DNA from: a virus
Taxonomy: Duplodnaviria; Caudoviricetes
Direction: 5' to 3' (one strand)
Length of the DNA stretch: 53,096 nt
Virus record (IMG/VR): IMGVR_UViG_3300006428_000052
Location: 1-53,096 of that record
Each line of letters opens with the position of its first letter. Positions within the stretch are counted from its first letter, which is position 1. Made by a program: the position numbers and the translations under genes. Shown piece by piece: positions 19,078 to 27,760 of this stretch. The notes beneath the pieces were generated by a model, which was not told the origin of the DNA, made no database searches, and worked only from the letters and a program-made list of their open reading frames with translations.

Positions 19078-19416
19078 TTACTCCTTCCACAATACATAGC
19101 GGTATGTATTTCCAGCAGTGAACTGCGCGTCCGTATAAGTCCCATTTTCATATATCGTTGCTACTCCGTTAGCTACAGAGAGATATAATTGCACAGCGGA
19201 GCTTACAACGCTCGAATCTTTTCCAACGATAAATGATGGATCATTTTGTCCGGCTCACAGACCTGTGTATGTCCCTGATTGTCTAATTACATTTACATGG
19301 TCTGGAATAAATTTTAACCCGCTGACTTGAAATGAGTGCGTAGTGGACGATGGTGTGAACGTTCCGACTGCAAATTTTGCTGCACCACCGATCCTTCGCA
19401 GGGCCAGTTCACCCAT
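19078..19416 (-). pseudogene. Tail-tip paralog B with one in-frame TGA
   Basis: MGELALRRIGGAAKFAVGTFTP..TYTGL*AGQND..YRYVLWKE*; TGA at 19255-19257; N-terminus matches 19529-19885. Confidence 0.8.
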
Positions 19417-19458
19417 TGCAGATGCCTCCCCAAGAGGCCCCGCAGGGAGTAGCGAGAT

Positions 19459-19515
19459 TTACTTGTGTGTGTGTGTGTGTGTGTACATACACACGGTCAA
19501 ATGTTTATTTCTCAC
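19459..19515 (-). CDS. Leader peptide containing an (AC)10 microsatellite
   Basis: GAGGAGG RBS, GTG start, MRNKHLTVCMYTHTHTHK*. Confidence 0.6.
   Translation of the reverse strand: MRNKHLTVCMYTHTHTHK
19465..19484. repeat. (GT)10 dinucleotide microsatellite
   Basis: Read directly from the sequence. Confidence 0.97.
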
Positions 19516-19528
19516 GGACTGTTCCTCC

Positions 19529-19885
19529 TCAATCCTCGATGCAAACCGCTTGGTAACGGCCAACGAACTTATAAGTTGTAGTGCTGGAATAAATGTGTAT
19601 CTGGTCTCCGGTAATTTCCAGAGTTGGGTACAGACTGCCATAGCTGTAATTACTACTGTTTATCATAGTTCCATAGCCACTTCCTGATGCAACGTCACTA
19701 AATGTTATAGTTGCAACCGTTCCCGGAGCAGAGTACGCATCTTGCATAACTTTAAGGACGTAGATTCTACTTGGTTTAATAGTAAGGCCTGTAAAGTACA
19801 TATTAGCGTTGCTAGATCCTTGATAAACTGTTAAAACCTGTACTTTTGCGCCTCCACCCATCGCTCTCTTGGCTAACTCACCCAT
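19529..19885 (-). CDS. Tail-tip paralog A (candidate receptor-binding protein)
   Basis: 118 aa AT-rich, beta-rich ORF directly after the tail fibre; MGELAKRAMGGGAK. Confidence 0.75.
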   Translation of the reverse strand: MGELAKRAMGGGAKVQVLTVYQGSSNANMYFTGLTIKPSRIYVLKVMQDAYSAPGTVATITFSDVASGSGYGTMINSSNYSYGSLYPTLEITGDQIHIYSSTTTYKFVGRYQAVCIED

Positions 19886-19890
19886 CTATA

Positions 19891-20655
19891 TCACCTCGAA
19901 ATCACCACGGCCGCTTGGAAGTCCACGGTGGGCGCTCCATCCGGGCAGCGGGCATACAGGTATCCATCCGTATCACAAGACTCGCGGTCGATCATGGCAA
20001 AGGCTGCATCCGTCAGGGCCTGCGCATCGGCGTCCGTGCTTCCCACCGGCTCCACACGCACGTTTTTGCCGTCCGATGCCAGCAGCCCCGCAACGGACAC
20101 CGTCTGCTCATAGCACCCGGTGGTTCCATTGAGCGTCCAGCTGGCCGTGGCAAAGGTCACGGTGACGATGGTGGGCTTAGTTGCAGCTCCTACATCCGCA
20201 GCGGTGGCTCCATGCGGATTGCCGGTGGTCTGGCTGTGATCGTATGCGGTCTTTCCCCGGTCACCGCGATAGGCTGTTGCTGATGTTTCCCCCAGCGCCA
20301 GACTTTGGGAAATCTCCACGTAGGCGGACCCGCTCCAGCGATAGGTCTTGTTGGTATCCTGTGCCACGTAAATTTTTCCGGTTTCACCGAAGGCCGGAAA
20401 AGCGGCGAGATTTAAATACTCCAGCACATCGTCCACGTAGGACGGGAGCTGAGCGGATGGCACCTTTCCGCTGGAATCCAGCTCAGCGACACCGCTTGAC
20501 GCGCCTTTCTGCGCCAAAGGGATTTTGGCCGCCGCGGCGTCAGCGTTGGCTTTCATCTGCGCGTCAATAGCCGAGGTATTTTCGTTGAGTTTGGTGATGT
20601 CGGCATAGTCGGAAGTTTCCGGCAGATTCAGGCCGTAATTGTCGGTTGTATTCAT
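19891..20655 (-). CDS. Tail fibre protein
   Basis: MNTTDNYGLNLP N-terminus; GVAELDSSGKVPSAQLPSYVDDVLEY module; follows XkdU-like gene. Confidence 0.8.
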   Translation of the reverse strand: MNTTDNYGLNLPETSDYADITKLNENTSAIDAQMKANADAAAAKIPLAQKGASSGVAELDSSGKVPSAQLPSYVDDVLEYLNLAAFPAFGETGKIYVAQDTNKTYRWSGSAYVEISQSLALGETSATAYRGDRGKTAYDHSQTTGNPHGATAADVGAATKPTIVTVTFATASWTLNGTTGCYEQTVSVAGLLASDGKNVRVEPVGSTDADAQALTDAAFAMIDRESCDTDGYLYARCPDGAPTVDFQAAVVISR

Positions 20656-21191
20656 GTCAAGTCACTCTCCTTAACGTCGGCCCATGTGTGGGTTGCCAGC
20701 TCGGCCCACGTGTGGGCCTTTACGGCGTCCCAGGTGTTGTAAATAATGATGTAATCCCAATGGAGATGCGCCGGCATGATCTCCCGCAGGGCCGCCGTCA
20801 GATCGTCCATGTTGGGTGGGATGCCGATGGTGCCCACAAACTTGATATCCAGGCCATACTCTGCCGGGTGCTCCGTGACCTCCACATCGCCGTTGGAATA
20901 GCTCTCTGCCACGTTCTGGATCAGCGCCACGGTGGTGGTGCCGGCTCCGCGTAGCTTGGAGCGGATGCGGCTCCGGCGATAGGCGATACTTTTCTCCACC
21001 TCCACGGGAATGCCCAGGGCCTGCTCCCAGTATTGGAGGCCCCATGTGGCGGTATCGACACACAGCTGATCTACAAGCCCGTCACGGGCTTGCCACGCTG
21101 CCAGAACATCCGGCTCCATTGCATCCTGCAGTGCTACAAACTGGGGAGACGCCGCGTAAAAATCCGGGTACCGAGCAATCAGAGGCGTCAT
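20652..21191 (-). CDS. Baseplate wedge protein XkdU/DUF2313-like
   Basis: TATWGLQYWE, RRSRIRSKLRG, PAHL. Confidence 0.88.
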   Translation of the reverse strand: MTPLIARYPDFYAASPQFVALQDAMEPDVLAAWQARDGLVDQLCVDTATWGLQYWEQALGIPVEVEKSIAYRRSRIRSKLRGAGTTTVALIQNVAESYSNGDVEVTEHPAEYGLDIKFVGTIGIPPNMDDLTAALREIMPAHLHWDYIIIYNTWDAVKAHTWAELATHTWADVKESDLT

Positions 21192-22282
21192 GATACCGTC
21201 ACCTCCGTCAGTACCGGAACCTCGTCCGCCGCGATAGTGATATTCTCGGTGCCTCCGCCCACAGTAAGAACGGAAAAATCCTTGACGCCGGAGATGCTCA
21301 GCAGCAGATAAGACACCCGGTTATAGGACACCGTGTAGGTCTTACCCTCCATCGTCTCAAAGTCCAGATCAATGGCGTCGTCAAAGGCACTCTTCGCCAG
21401 GTCCTGCAAATAGGACTCCAGCGCCGCCTGGAAGGCTGCCTGCACCGTTGCCAGTGTGGTGGTGCCGTCTATGGTGATGGTGGCCATCACAGCCAGATCG
21501 TGAGCCGTGGCGGATACTACGGTCACGGCAGGCCCCACGGGGCGCTCCTTCTCGATGTAGGCCACTGCCGCCGCTCTCACGGTCTCGTCCACCGGCTCCA
21601 TATTCTGGGATGCCAGGATCACCTTGACCGTGCCTGGACCGTCCCACTTGCTGACGATGCGGGCCGCGCCCACACCGTCCACGCTCGCCGCCCACTGCTG
21701 ATAGTGATAGGGATTTCCGGAGGTCGGTGCCCGGCGCAGTTGGTTCTGGAGCCGAGACAGCAACGCTGCGTCCGTCTCGGCGTCCGTCCCGCCAGTGGCC
21801 GCCCCATTGGCGTACCCTGTCACGCCGCTGTAGTTTTGCAGGGCGGTCACGATCTCCCCCGCCCCGATGTTGTAGGCGTCCCCCACTTCTGCCGCTGTGA
21901 GCGTCCCTGTGGCCGTTCCTGCGGTTATGGTGGCGTCCGCGTCAAGTGTAAAGGCAAGTCCCGCCTGCGTATAGTAAACAGCACCGGCGGGCACCGTGGA
22001 CCCGTCCGAGCCGGTAAAGGTGATTGTGCAAGCTGCCAAGGTACCTGCCTTGCGGGTCAGGCCAAAGACGGCCGCTTGTTTGTCGATGTACTCCCCGGAC
22101 GTCTCGTCCAGATAAAACATGGGGATCAGAGCGTCCATGCTGTGATAGAGGTTGTAGATTTCCAAAGCCGCCGCGCTGAGCACGTCATTGGCAAAGCTGC
22201 CCTCCCGGGTCTGCAGATCGCTGTTGGTCAGCCGGGCAAGCATGTCGCTCTTGATGCCTTCAACGGTAATATCCTCAAACAC
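21188..22282 (-). CDS. Baseplate J-like protein (XkdT-like)
   Basis: TREGSF, GGTDAETD, SGNPYHYQQWA, GPGTVKV. Confidence 0.92.
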   Translation of the reverse strand: MFEDITVEGIKSDMLARLTNSDLQTREGSFANDVLSAAALEIYNLYHSMDALIPMFYLDETSGEYIDKQAAVFGLTRKAGTLAACTITFTGSDGSTVPAGAVYYTQAGLAFTLDADATITAGTATGTLTAAEVGDAYNIGAGEIVTALQNYSGVTGYANGAATGGTDAETDAALLSRLQNQLRRAPTSGNPYHYQQWAASVDGVGAARIVSKWDGPGTVKVILASQNMEPVDETVRAAAVAYIEKERPVGPAVTVVSATAHDLAVMATITIDGTTTLATVQAAFQAALESYLQDLAKSAFDDAIDLDFETMEGKTYTVSYNRVSYLLLSISGVKDFSVLTVGGGTENITIAADEVPVLTEVTVS

Positions 22283-22697
22283 TGATACTCACCTCCCCGT
22301 AAATCGTCACGACGGTGCAGTTGATCGTCAGCTGATCACCGGCAAAGGACACGTTGATGTTATCCACGGATGAGACATAGGGATTGATCTCCAATGCCTC
22401 CCGGATGTATCGGGCCGCCTCGCTTTGCTTGATATCGGTGGTGTAAGCCTGCCCGATCAGGCTTTCCGCTTCACAGCCAAAGTCCCATGTGTAAATCTCA
22501 TGCCGGAAGCGCACCGTGTGCAGCGCCTTCCAACACCAGACCTTCACCGCAGCGGCCCCGGTGACCTCCACCGGCTTCCCGCCGGAAAAGATCGGGCGGT
22601 TGTTGGTAAAGTCCCAGGCAATTTCCCGGCACAGCGGCAGGCTCTCAACCGCCGGCGTCTCCACCTCCGGCTGGATGATGGGAAAAATCTGCGTCAT
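22275..22697 (-). CDS. Baseplate protein XkdS/DUF2634-like
   Basis: EIAWDF, KALHTVRFRHEIYTWDFG, TIYGE. Confidence 0.88.
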   Translation of the reverse strand: MTQIFPIIQPEVETPAVESLPLCREIAWDFTNNRPIFSGGKPVEVTGAAAVKVWCWKALHTVRFRHEIYTWDFGCEAESLIGQAYTTDIKQSEAARYIREALEINPYVSSVDNINVSFAGDQLTINCTVVTIYGEVSISV

Positions 22698-23056
22698 GTC
22701 GCCTGCACCACCTTGTCAATAAGATAAAAGGTCTGATCATCATCCGTCAGCAGCAGTACCGTATCCCCGGCTTTGAGTACGGGCTCCCGCACTTCTATCT
22801 CGGCCTCGCTGCCGTCCACCGCACCGGTGGAGCAGGTCAGCCCGGACAGCGTCACCGGCTCCGTATGCCCCTTCAGAAGTCGGGCACTGATATAGATGCG
22901 CTCTGCTTCCTGGGGCGTCCCCTCTACGTTCAGCGTGAGAGGGCTCGTGGAAAGGACGGTGCCACAGGTCATCCGGAGTGCATCCGTTTCGGCCTGTTTG
23001 GCTCCCTCGGTACGCATGAGATTGCGCAGACGGGTATAAGGATTGCCCTGCATCAT
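22694..23056 (-). CDS. XkdR/DUF2577-like tail spike protein
   Basis: GTVLSTSPL, LKAGDTVLL, FYLIDKV; start after AAAGGA RBS. Confidence 0.8.
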   Translation of the reverse strand: MMQGNPYTRLRNLMRTEGAKQAETDALRMTCGTVLSTSPLTLNVEGTPQEAERIYISARLLKGHTEPVTLSGLTCSTGAVDGSEAEIEVREPVLKAGDTVLLLTDDDQTFYLIDKVVQAT

Positions 23057-23069
23057 TCTGTCCTTTCCG

Positions 23070-23086
23070 GTGTCCGAATCGGACAC
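23070..23086. repeat. Dispersed 17-bp palindrome, copy 1
   Basis: GTGTCCGAATCGGACAC, intergenic. Confidence 0.95.
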
Positions 23087-23089
23087 CAT

Positions 23090-24076
23090 TTATTTTGTCG
23101 GGACGCTCCCGGCCTCCTGCTTATCCATGAGATTGCGGAAATCCAGCGTCAGTTTCGCCTGATAGATTCCATTTTGCTTGGTGTGGCTGTCCGACAAGAT
23201 CCAAAAGAGCCCGTCGGTACCCGTCGTGGGCTCGTGGACCACTACCGTGTTGCCGGTGATCAGCCTGGGATTGCCGATGCACTGCGCCGTGATGGTAGTT
23301 TTAATGCCATTATCCTCCAGCAGCTGCTTTGCAGTTTTGGCGGAGTCCTCGCTTTTGCTGGCCTTAATGGCCTCCTCCATCAGCCCATACAGCGCTGCAT
23401 AACCCTCCGGGCTCTTGTAGGTGGCAATCCGCTTGTAATCGTCGTCGTATATCGCCACGGAGTTGACCATATCCGTGATGGAGTCGATGCTGGAGCAGTT
23501 CAGCAGGTTATTTCCGGGAATCAGTCGCAGAGTGTCGGCGTTTTTTTGCTTAATTACTACGTTGAGCAGGTCGCCGGTAAACCGCACCTGATACTGTTTT
23601 CCCGTCTGCTCCGCCGCCAGCGTGTAAAGCGTCTGGATCACCTGATAGATCGAGGAGCCCAGAAAATTGCGGCTCAGCGCCACACCGGTGGCAGCCAGAG
23701 AGCCCACGGAGATCCCATACTGTCGGCATAGTTGCTGGGTGATAGCCTCCGGAGTCTGTTTGCGCACCGGCAGATACACCTTGTTGCGTTTCAGATAAAT
23801 TCCCCAGTCGTAGGACACCGGAGATAAAAACTGCTGCGAGCTGTCCCGGCTCCGTTCAAAAACACGGCCGGAGAACAGCAGATTGGTATCATGGTACAGC
23901 CGCACCGCGCCGCCCAAGTCGCACAAAGCCGTCGGAAGAATATCGGCTGTCAGTTGCCGAGCGCAGTCCGCATAGCTTCCGGACCAGGCGAGGGATTTAA
24001 GGTAACTCGTGATGTCCGCCGACTTGGCACCGTCCAAACTCCAGGTTAAAAGGCGAAAGGCGTCGTTAAAAGCCAT
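23090..24076 (-). CDS. Tail hub protein (XkdQ/YqbQ-like)
   Basis: WSGS..CARQL, YDWGIYLKRN, FWILSDSHT. Confidence 0.88.
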   Translation of the reverse strand: MAFNDAFRLLTWSLDGAKSADITSYLKSLAWSGSYADCARQLTADILPTALCDLGGAVRLYHDTNLLFSGRVFERSRDSSQQFLSPVSYDWGIYLKRNKVYLPVRKQTPEAITQQLCRQYGISVGSLAATGVALSRNFLGSSIYQVIQTLYTLAAEQTGKQYQVRFTGDLLNVVIKQKNADTLRLIPGNNLLNCSSIDSITDMVNSVAIYDDDYKRIATYKSPEGYAALYGLMEEAIKASKSEDSAKTAKQLLEDNGIKTTITAQCIGNPRLITGNTVVVHEPTTGTDGLFWILSDSHTKQNGIYQAKLTLDFRNLMDKQEAGSVPTK

Positions 24077-24088
24077 GCTTCCGCCTCC

Positions 24089-24730
24089 TCATAAATTGCC
24101 CTTGTCGGTGATGGTGATCCGCTGTCCTACTCGGATCAGATTGGCGTTTTTAATGCTGTTATAGCTGGCCAGGCTGGCGTACAGCGTCCCATCCCCGTAA
24201 TACTTGCGACAGATGCTCCACAGCGTTTCTCCGGATGTCACAATATGGACGGTGGTTGCCTTCGTGGACGTAGCGGCCACCCGCCCGGTGTTGCCGGTGG
24301 AAGTCTTTTCTGTGGTTTCCATGCCCAGATACCGGTACCGCCGGAACGTCAGTTTAACCGTCACATCGTTGGTGCCGTCATATTCGCCGTAGATCACCGG
24401 ACCCAGCAAGACAGGATAGGTCACAGAGGTACCCGGAATGATCAGCCGGAGCACGGTTCCAGCCAGACTCCAGCCCACCAGCTTTTCCACGGTCACATAG
24501 GGACTTCCAGACCATGCGGCATCCGTATAACTCCGGCTTGACGTGGGGAGCAAAAACTCCATCTGCTGGTTAAACAGCTTCTCCAGGCCGGGGAGATTGA
24601 CCTCTCCGGCCTGGGCCATGTCCAGAGCTTCCACATTCCGTCCGGACTCAAACTCAAATTGAGATGGCGTGACGGGCAACAGCATCGCCTCGCCCGTTTT
24701 GGTATTGATCAGAGTGATATTGCGCAGCAC
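24089..24730 (-). CDS. LysM-containing tail protein (XkdP-like)
   Basis: LPVTP N-terminus; C-terminal LysM GETLWSICRKYYG..NANLIRVGQ. Confidence 0.9.
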   Translation of the reverse strand: MLRNITLINTKTGEAMLLPVTPSQFEFESGRNVEALDMAQAGEVNLPGLEKLFNQQMEFLLPTSSRSYTDAAWSGSPYVTVEKLVGWSLAGTVLRLIIPGTSVTYPVLLGPVIYGEYDGTNDVTVKLTFRRYRYLGMETTEKTSTGNTGRVAATSTKATTVHIVTSGETLWSICRKYYGDGTLYASLASYNSIKNANLIRVGQRITITDKGNL

Positions 24731-24741
24731 GTCCTCGCCTC

Positions 24742-26763
24742 CTAATCCTCTCCAGTCATCGCGGATCGTTCCAGCTTGGTCACGATCGCCTCCGCGATGG
24801 CGTCAACGTCGCTGTCCTGGCGGACGGTAAAATTTGCGCCAGCAAAAGAGACCGCTACACCGCCGCTGCCGCCCTTCTGACGGGCCTGGGCCGCTGTCAG
24901 AACCTTTTCGCCCTGGTGGAGCAGCGCCGGATAGTTGTCATAGGGCACATAGTCAAGCCCGAATGCATCGCTGTTGGCCCCACCACCGGCTTTGTACGCA
25001 TTGAGAATGTCGCTGGCACTAGACTGGCTGTTGATCGTCGGACCGAAATCGCTGGTGTTATTGGAGCTCATAGCAGCCGCCCGTCCCAGGGTAAATTGAT
25101 TACCAAGTTCATATCCGGCGTCATAATAGTCTGTGTTCAGCGCAGAATCGTCCCGGACGGCTCCGATCAGAGCCTTCTGGCTCTCCAGCTCCAGCTGCGC
25201 CCCTTCACTGGCATTATAGTTGTTGATGCCCTGAATCTGAGCCCTGGCGAGGATTTCTCCCATTTTCGCGGCATCGCCGGTAGCCTGGGCGGACCGGTAC
25301 TCATTGGAGCTCATGGCGGTCGTCTCCGCGTCTCGAATGGCCTTCTCCTTGGCGTTTTCCAGGGACGCCTGCCACGCGCCGATCGCCGAGTTTGCCTCTT
25401 CCATGCGGGTTCCGCTGGAGCCGGTCAGATAATCCTGCTGGGCCTGGATGCCCTTTTTACGCTCCTCGTTGTAGCCTTGGCCCATAGCAGCGTCCATAGT
25501 ATCCTGTGCGTCCTGCAGGTTGTTTACCATGGCATCGTAGGTGGATGCCAGTTTATCCGACAATCCGCCGAAGGTCTTGTTGATATAATCCAGGATGGCC
25601 TGGGCGGCTGTGTCACCGGAAATTTTCCCTTTGGTCACCATGTCGGCAATACTGCTCTTTTTGGCCCCGGTGGCGTCGGCTAAGGCCTGATAGACGTCTA
25701 CACCACGCTCGGAAAAGTAGTTGAGATATTCTGCCGTTGCCTTTCCGGTGGTGCGCATCTTGGAAAGGCCGGATATCAGCGTGTCCACGTCGGAGCTGTT
25801 GAGATCCAGTCCCGCGGTGGCGTCGGAAAGCGTCTGCAGCACTCCGAAAACCTTGTCCGGCTTGTAGGTGTTTAGCAGCTTTTTGGAGTAGCCCGTGATC
25901 TCGTCATAGGAATAGTTGGTGTCCTGGGCCATTTCCTGCACCTTGTTGAGATAATCCTTGGCCGCCTGTGCGCTGCCCAACCGCTGGGCAAAAGCAATCT
26001 GCGTCTGCTCACGGGACCCGGCAATGGTGCTGCCATTGGAAAGGCTGGTGCTCTGCTGCTCCGTAACAGTGTTGTAAGCGTCCTGCACATAGGATTTAAA
26101 GGCATCGTCCTTGCTGCTCTGATTGGCTGTGACGCCCTGCAGCAGTCCGGACGCTCCGCCCACCGCCGCGCCGATGGCCACACCGATTGGATTGCCGGAT
26201 AGAGCGCCGATAGAGCCACCGGAGATTGCGCCGCCCAGAATACTGGATAGCAGCCCTCCCGTCTGACTGCCGGCGGAACTGGAAATCAGGTAGTTGGCAT
26301 ATTCCTGCACACTGCTGCCAACCATCTGCCCCAGGCCCGCCGTCATCAGCCCTTTGAGGAGACTGCCGGACGATCCGCCGGACTCGTTGCCCAGTTTGCG
26401 CATTTGCTCCTGGGTGTTGCTGATCTCCTTCCGGGTGCTGCGGGACGCCTCTTCATAGGCTTTTGCCGCGTCCGTCAGATCCTTGTACTGCTTTTTCGCG
26501 TTATCAAGGTTCAGGCGGCTCTGCTCGTCCCCGTTTGCCTTGAAAGCGGCCTCCGCCTCCTTCAGCGCCTTCTTGGCCGCCGTAACCTGGGTAGAGGTCT
26601 CGGCAAAGGATTTATTAAAACTGTCGTTTTTCTTACTCAGCTGCTGGATGCGGGTTTGCAGCACCTCAAATTCCTTGTCCAGGGCTTTGCTGTTGCCCTG
26701 GACGGATTTCATGGTGCCGCTGATCTCGTCGTATGCTTTGAGTACAATGGATGCCTCTGACAC
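24742..26763 (-). CDS. Tape measure protein
   Basis: 673 aa Ala/Gly-rich helical protein; GLDYVPYDNYPALLHQGEKVLT. Confidence 0.9.
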   Translation of the reverse strand: MSEASIVLKAYDEISGTMKSVQGNSKALDKEFEVLQTRIQQLSKKNDSFNKSFAETSTQVTAAKKALKEAEAAFKANGDEQSRLNLDNAKKQYKDLTDAAKAYEEASRSTRKEISNTQEQMRKLGNESGGSSGSLLKGLMTAGLGQMVGSSVQEYANYLISSSAGSQTGGLLSSILGGAISGGSIGALSGNPIGVAIGAAVGGASGLLQGVTANQSSKDDAFKSYVQDAYNTVTEQQSTSLSNGSTIAGSREQTQIAFAQRLGSAQAAKDYLNKVQEMAQDTNYSYDEITGYSKKLLNTYKPDKVFGVLQTLSDATAGLDLNSSDVDTLISGLSKMRTTGKATAEYLNYFSERGVDVYQALADATGAKKSSIADMVTKGKISGDTAAQAILDYINKTFGGLSDKLASTYDAMVNNLQDAQDTMDAAMGQGYNEERKKGIQAQQDYLTGSSGTRMEEANSAIGAWQASLENAKEKAIRDAETTAMSSNEYRSAQATGDAAKMGEILARAQIQGINNYNASEGAQLELESQKALIGAVRDDSALNTDYYDAGYELGNQFTLGRAAAMSSNNTSDFGPTINSQSSASDILNAYKAGGGANSDAFGLDYVPYDNYPALLHQGEKVLTAAQARQKGGSGGVAVSFAGANFTVRQDSDVDAIAEAIVTKLERSAMTGED

Positions 26764-26769
26764 TCTGCC

Positions 26770-26943
26770 TCACCTCTCGTCCCGTAAATCACATTCATGG
26801 AGGGCAAACGCCCGGATCAGATCCTGCCAACCGTCCTCCCGCTCATAAAGGTCCCGCAGGTCGCGGGCCGACCAATTGTGGGCGGAGAACAGGTAAAACA
26901 GCAGGCTCACTTCCGGATCGCGGCCCCCCTCTAGCCGTTTTTT
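26770..26943 (-). CDS. -1 frameshift extension of the tail assembly chaperone
   Basis: A AAA AAC at 26943-26937; -1 frame KRLEGGRDPEVSLLFYLFSAHNW..RAFALHECDLRDER*. Confidence 0.75.
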   Translation of the reverse strand, partial: KKRLEGGRDPEVSLLFYLFSAHNWSARDLRDLYEREDGWQDLIRAFALHECDLRDER

Positions 26944-27323
26944 ACCTCATCCAGCGCCCCGGAAAGATACCCGGAGAGAAGCTGTATCTGCACAGAGATT
27001 TCATCGATCTCTCCGGCGGTCAGCTTGGCCTTGATAGCATCAAAGGGCGTCACAATGCCGTCGCTCTCGTCCAACAGCCGCTTATCCCGGAAATCCGGCT
27101 CCGCGCAGCCGTCCAGGACAATACTCAGCGCCCGGTCATCCTCCAGCTTCTGGGCCTTTCGGATTTTGTCATAGGGCAGCCCCCGCAGGGTAAAAATCAC
27201 GTCCTGTCCCGCCAGTTCCGTCAGACGCTTCACCATGAAGCGCTTTTCAGGCAAATGCTTCCGTACATTCTGCACCTCCGGCCGGAGCAGCAGATCCAAC
27301 ACATTTTCAGTCTTGTTTTCCAT
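26931..27323 (-). CDS. Tail assembly chaperone (XkdN-like)
   Basis: Between tube and tape measure; ends EVKNG. Confidence 0.85.
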   Translation of the reverse strand: MENKTENVLDLLLRPEVQNVRKHLPEKRFMVKRLTELAGQDVIFTLRGLPYDKIRKAQKLEDDRALSIVLDGCAEPDFRDKRLLDESDGIVTPFDAIKAKLTAGEIDEISVQIQLLSGYLSGALDEVKNG

Positions 27324-27749
27324 TTACGCCTCCACCGTGTCCAGATACTTAAATCCGGTAGCTGCGAAGGGAAGCGTCACCGTTCCGCTCTTGGTCATTG
27401 CCCAATCCGCCAGCGTCTGGTCGTCGAAGCTGACGCCATAGACGGCGATCCGTTCAGCACCGTAGGCGTCCGGATCGTCCAGCTCACCCACCAGCGTATG
27501 ACGTATGTCCTTTCCGGCCATGGCGGCGACAATATCATCCACATGCCGGGTATAAACCTTATCCACCGTAATTGATCCGGTGATCTTGACGCTCACCAGC
27601 TTGCGGTCGGTGGCCATCAGGCCGGCGCGGGCTTTATCCTCATAAGTCTTAGATACCTTGACCTGGAATGCGGTACACTCCGCCCACATGTCTCCGTCTT
27701 CCCACAGCTGCCCATGGGTTCCATTCATAATCCTTTTTGCGCTATCCAT
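27324..27749 (-). CDS. Tail tube protein (XkdM-like)
   Basis: RIMNGTHGQLW, LDDPDAYGAERI. Confidence 0.9.
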   Translation of the reverse strand: MDSAKRIMNGTHGQLWEDGDMWAECTAFQVKVSKTYEDKARAGLMATDRKLVSVKITGSITVDKVYTRHVDDIVAAMAGKDIRHTLVGELDDPDAYGAERIAVYGVSFDDQTLADWAMTKSGTVTLPFAATGFKYLDTVEA

Positions 27750-27760
27750 GATGTCCTCCC

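Noticed and set aside
19255-19257. TGA recoding (selenocysteine or alternative code)
   Set aside because: Many neighbouring genes use TGA as stop; no clear SECIS-like hairpin or redox context
19078-20655. Diversity-generating retroelement or invertible tail cassette
   Set aside because: No reverse transcriptase, TR/VR pair, invertase or inverted gene copies seen
23057-23089. N-terminal extension MVSDSDT of the XkdR-like gene
   Set aside because: Derives from the palindrome; a better RBS precedes the ATG at 23056
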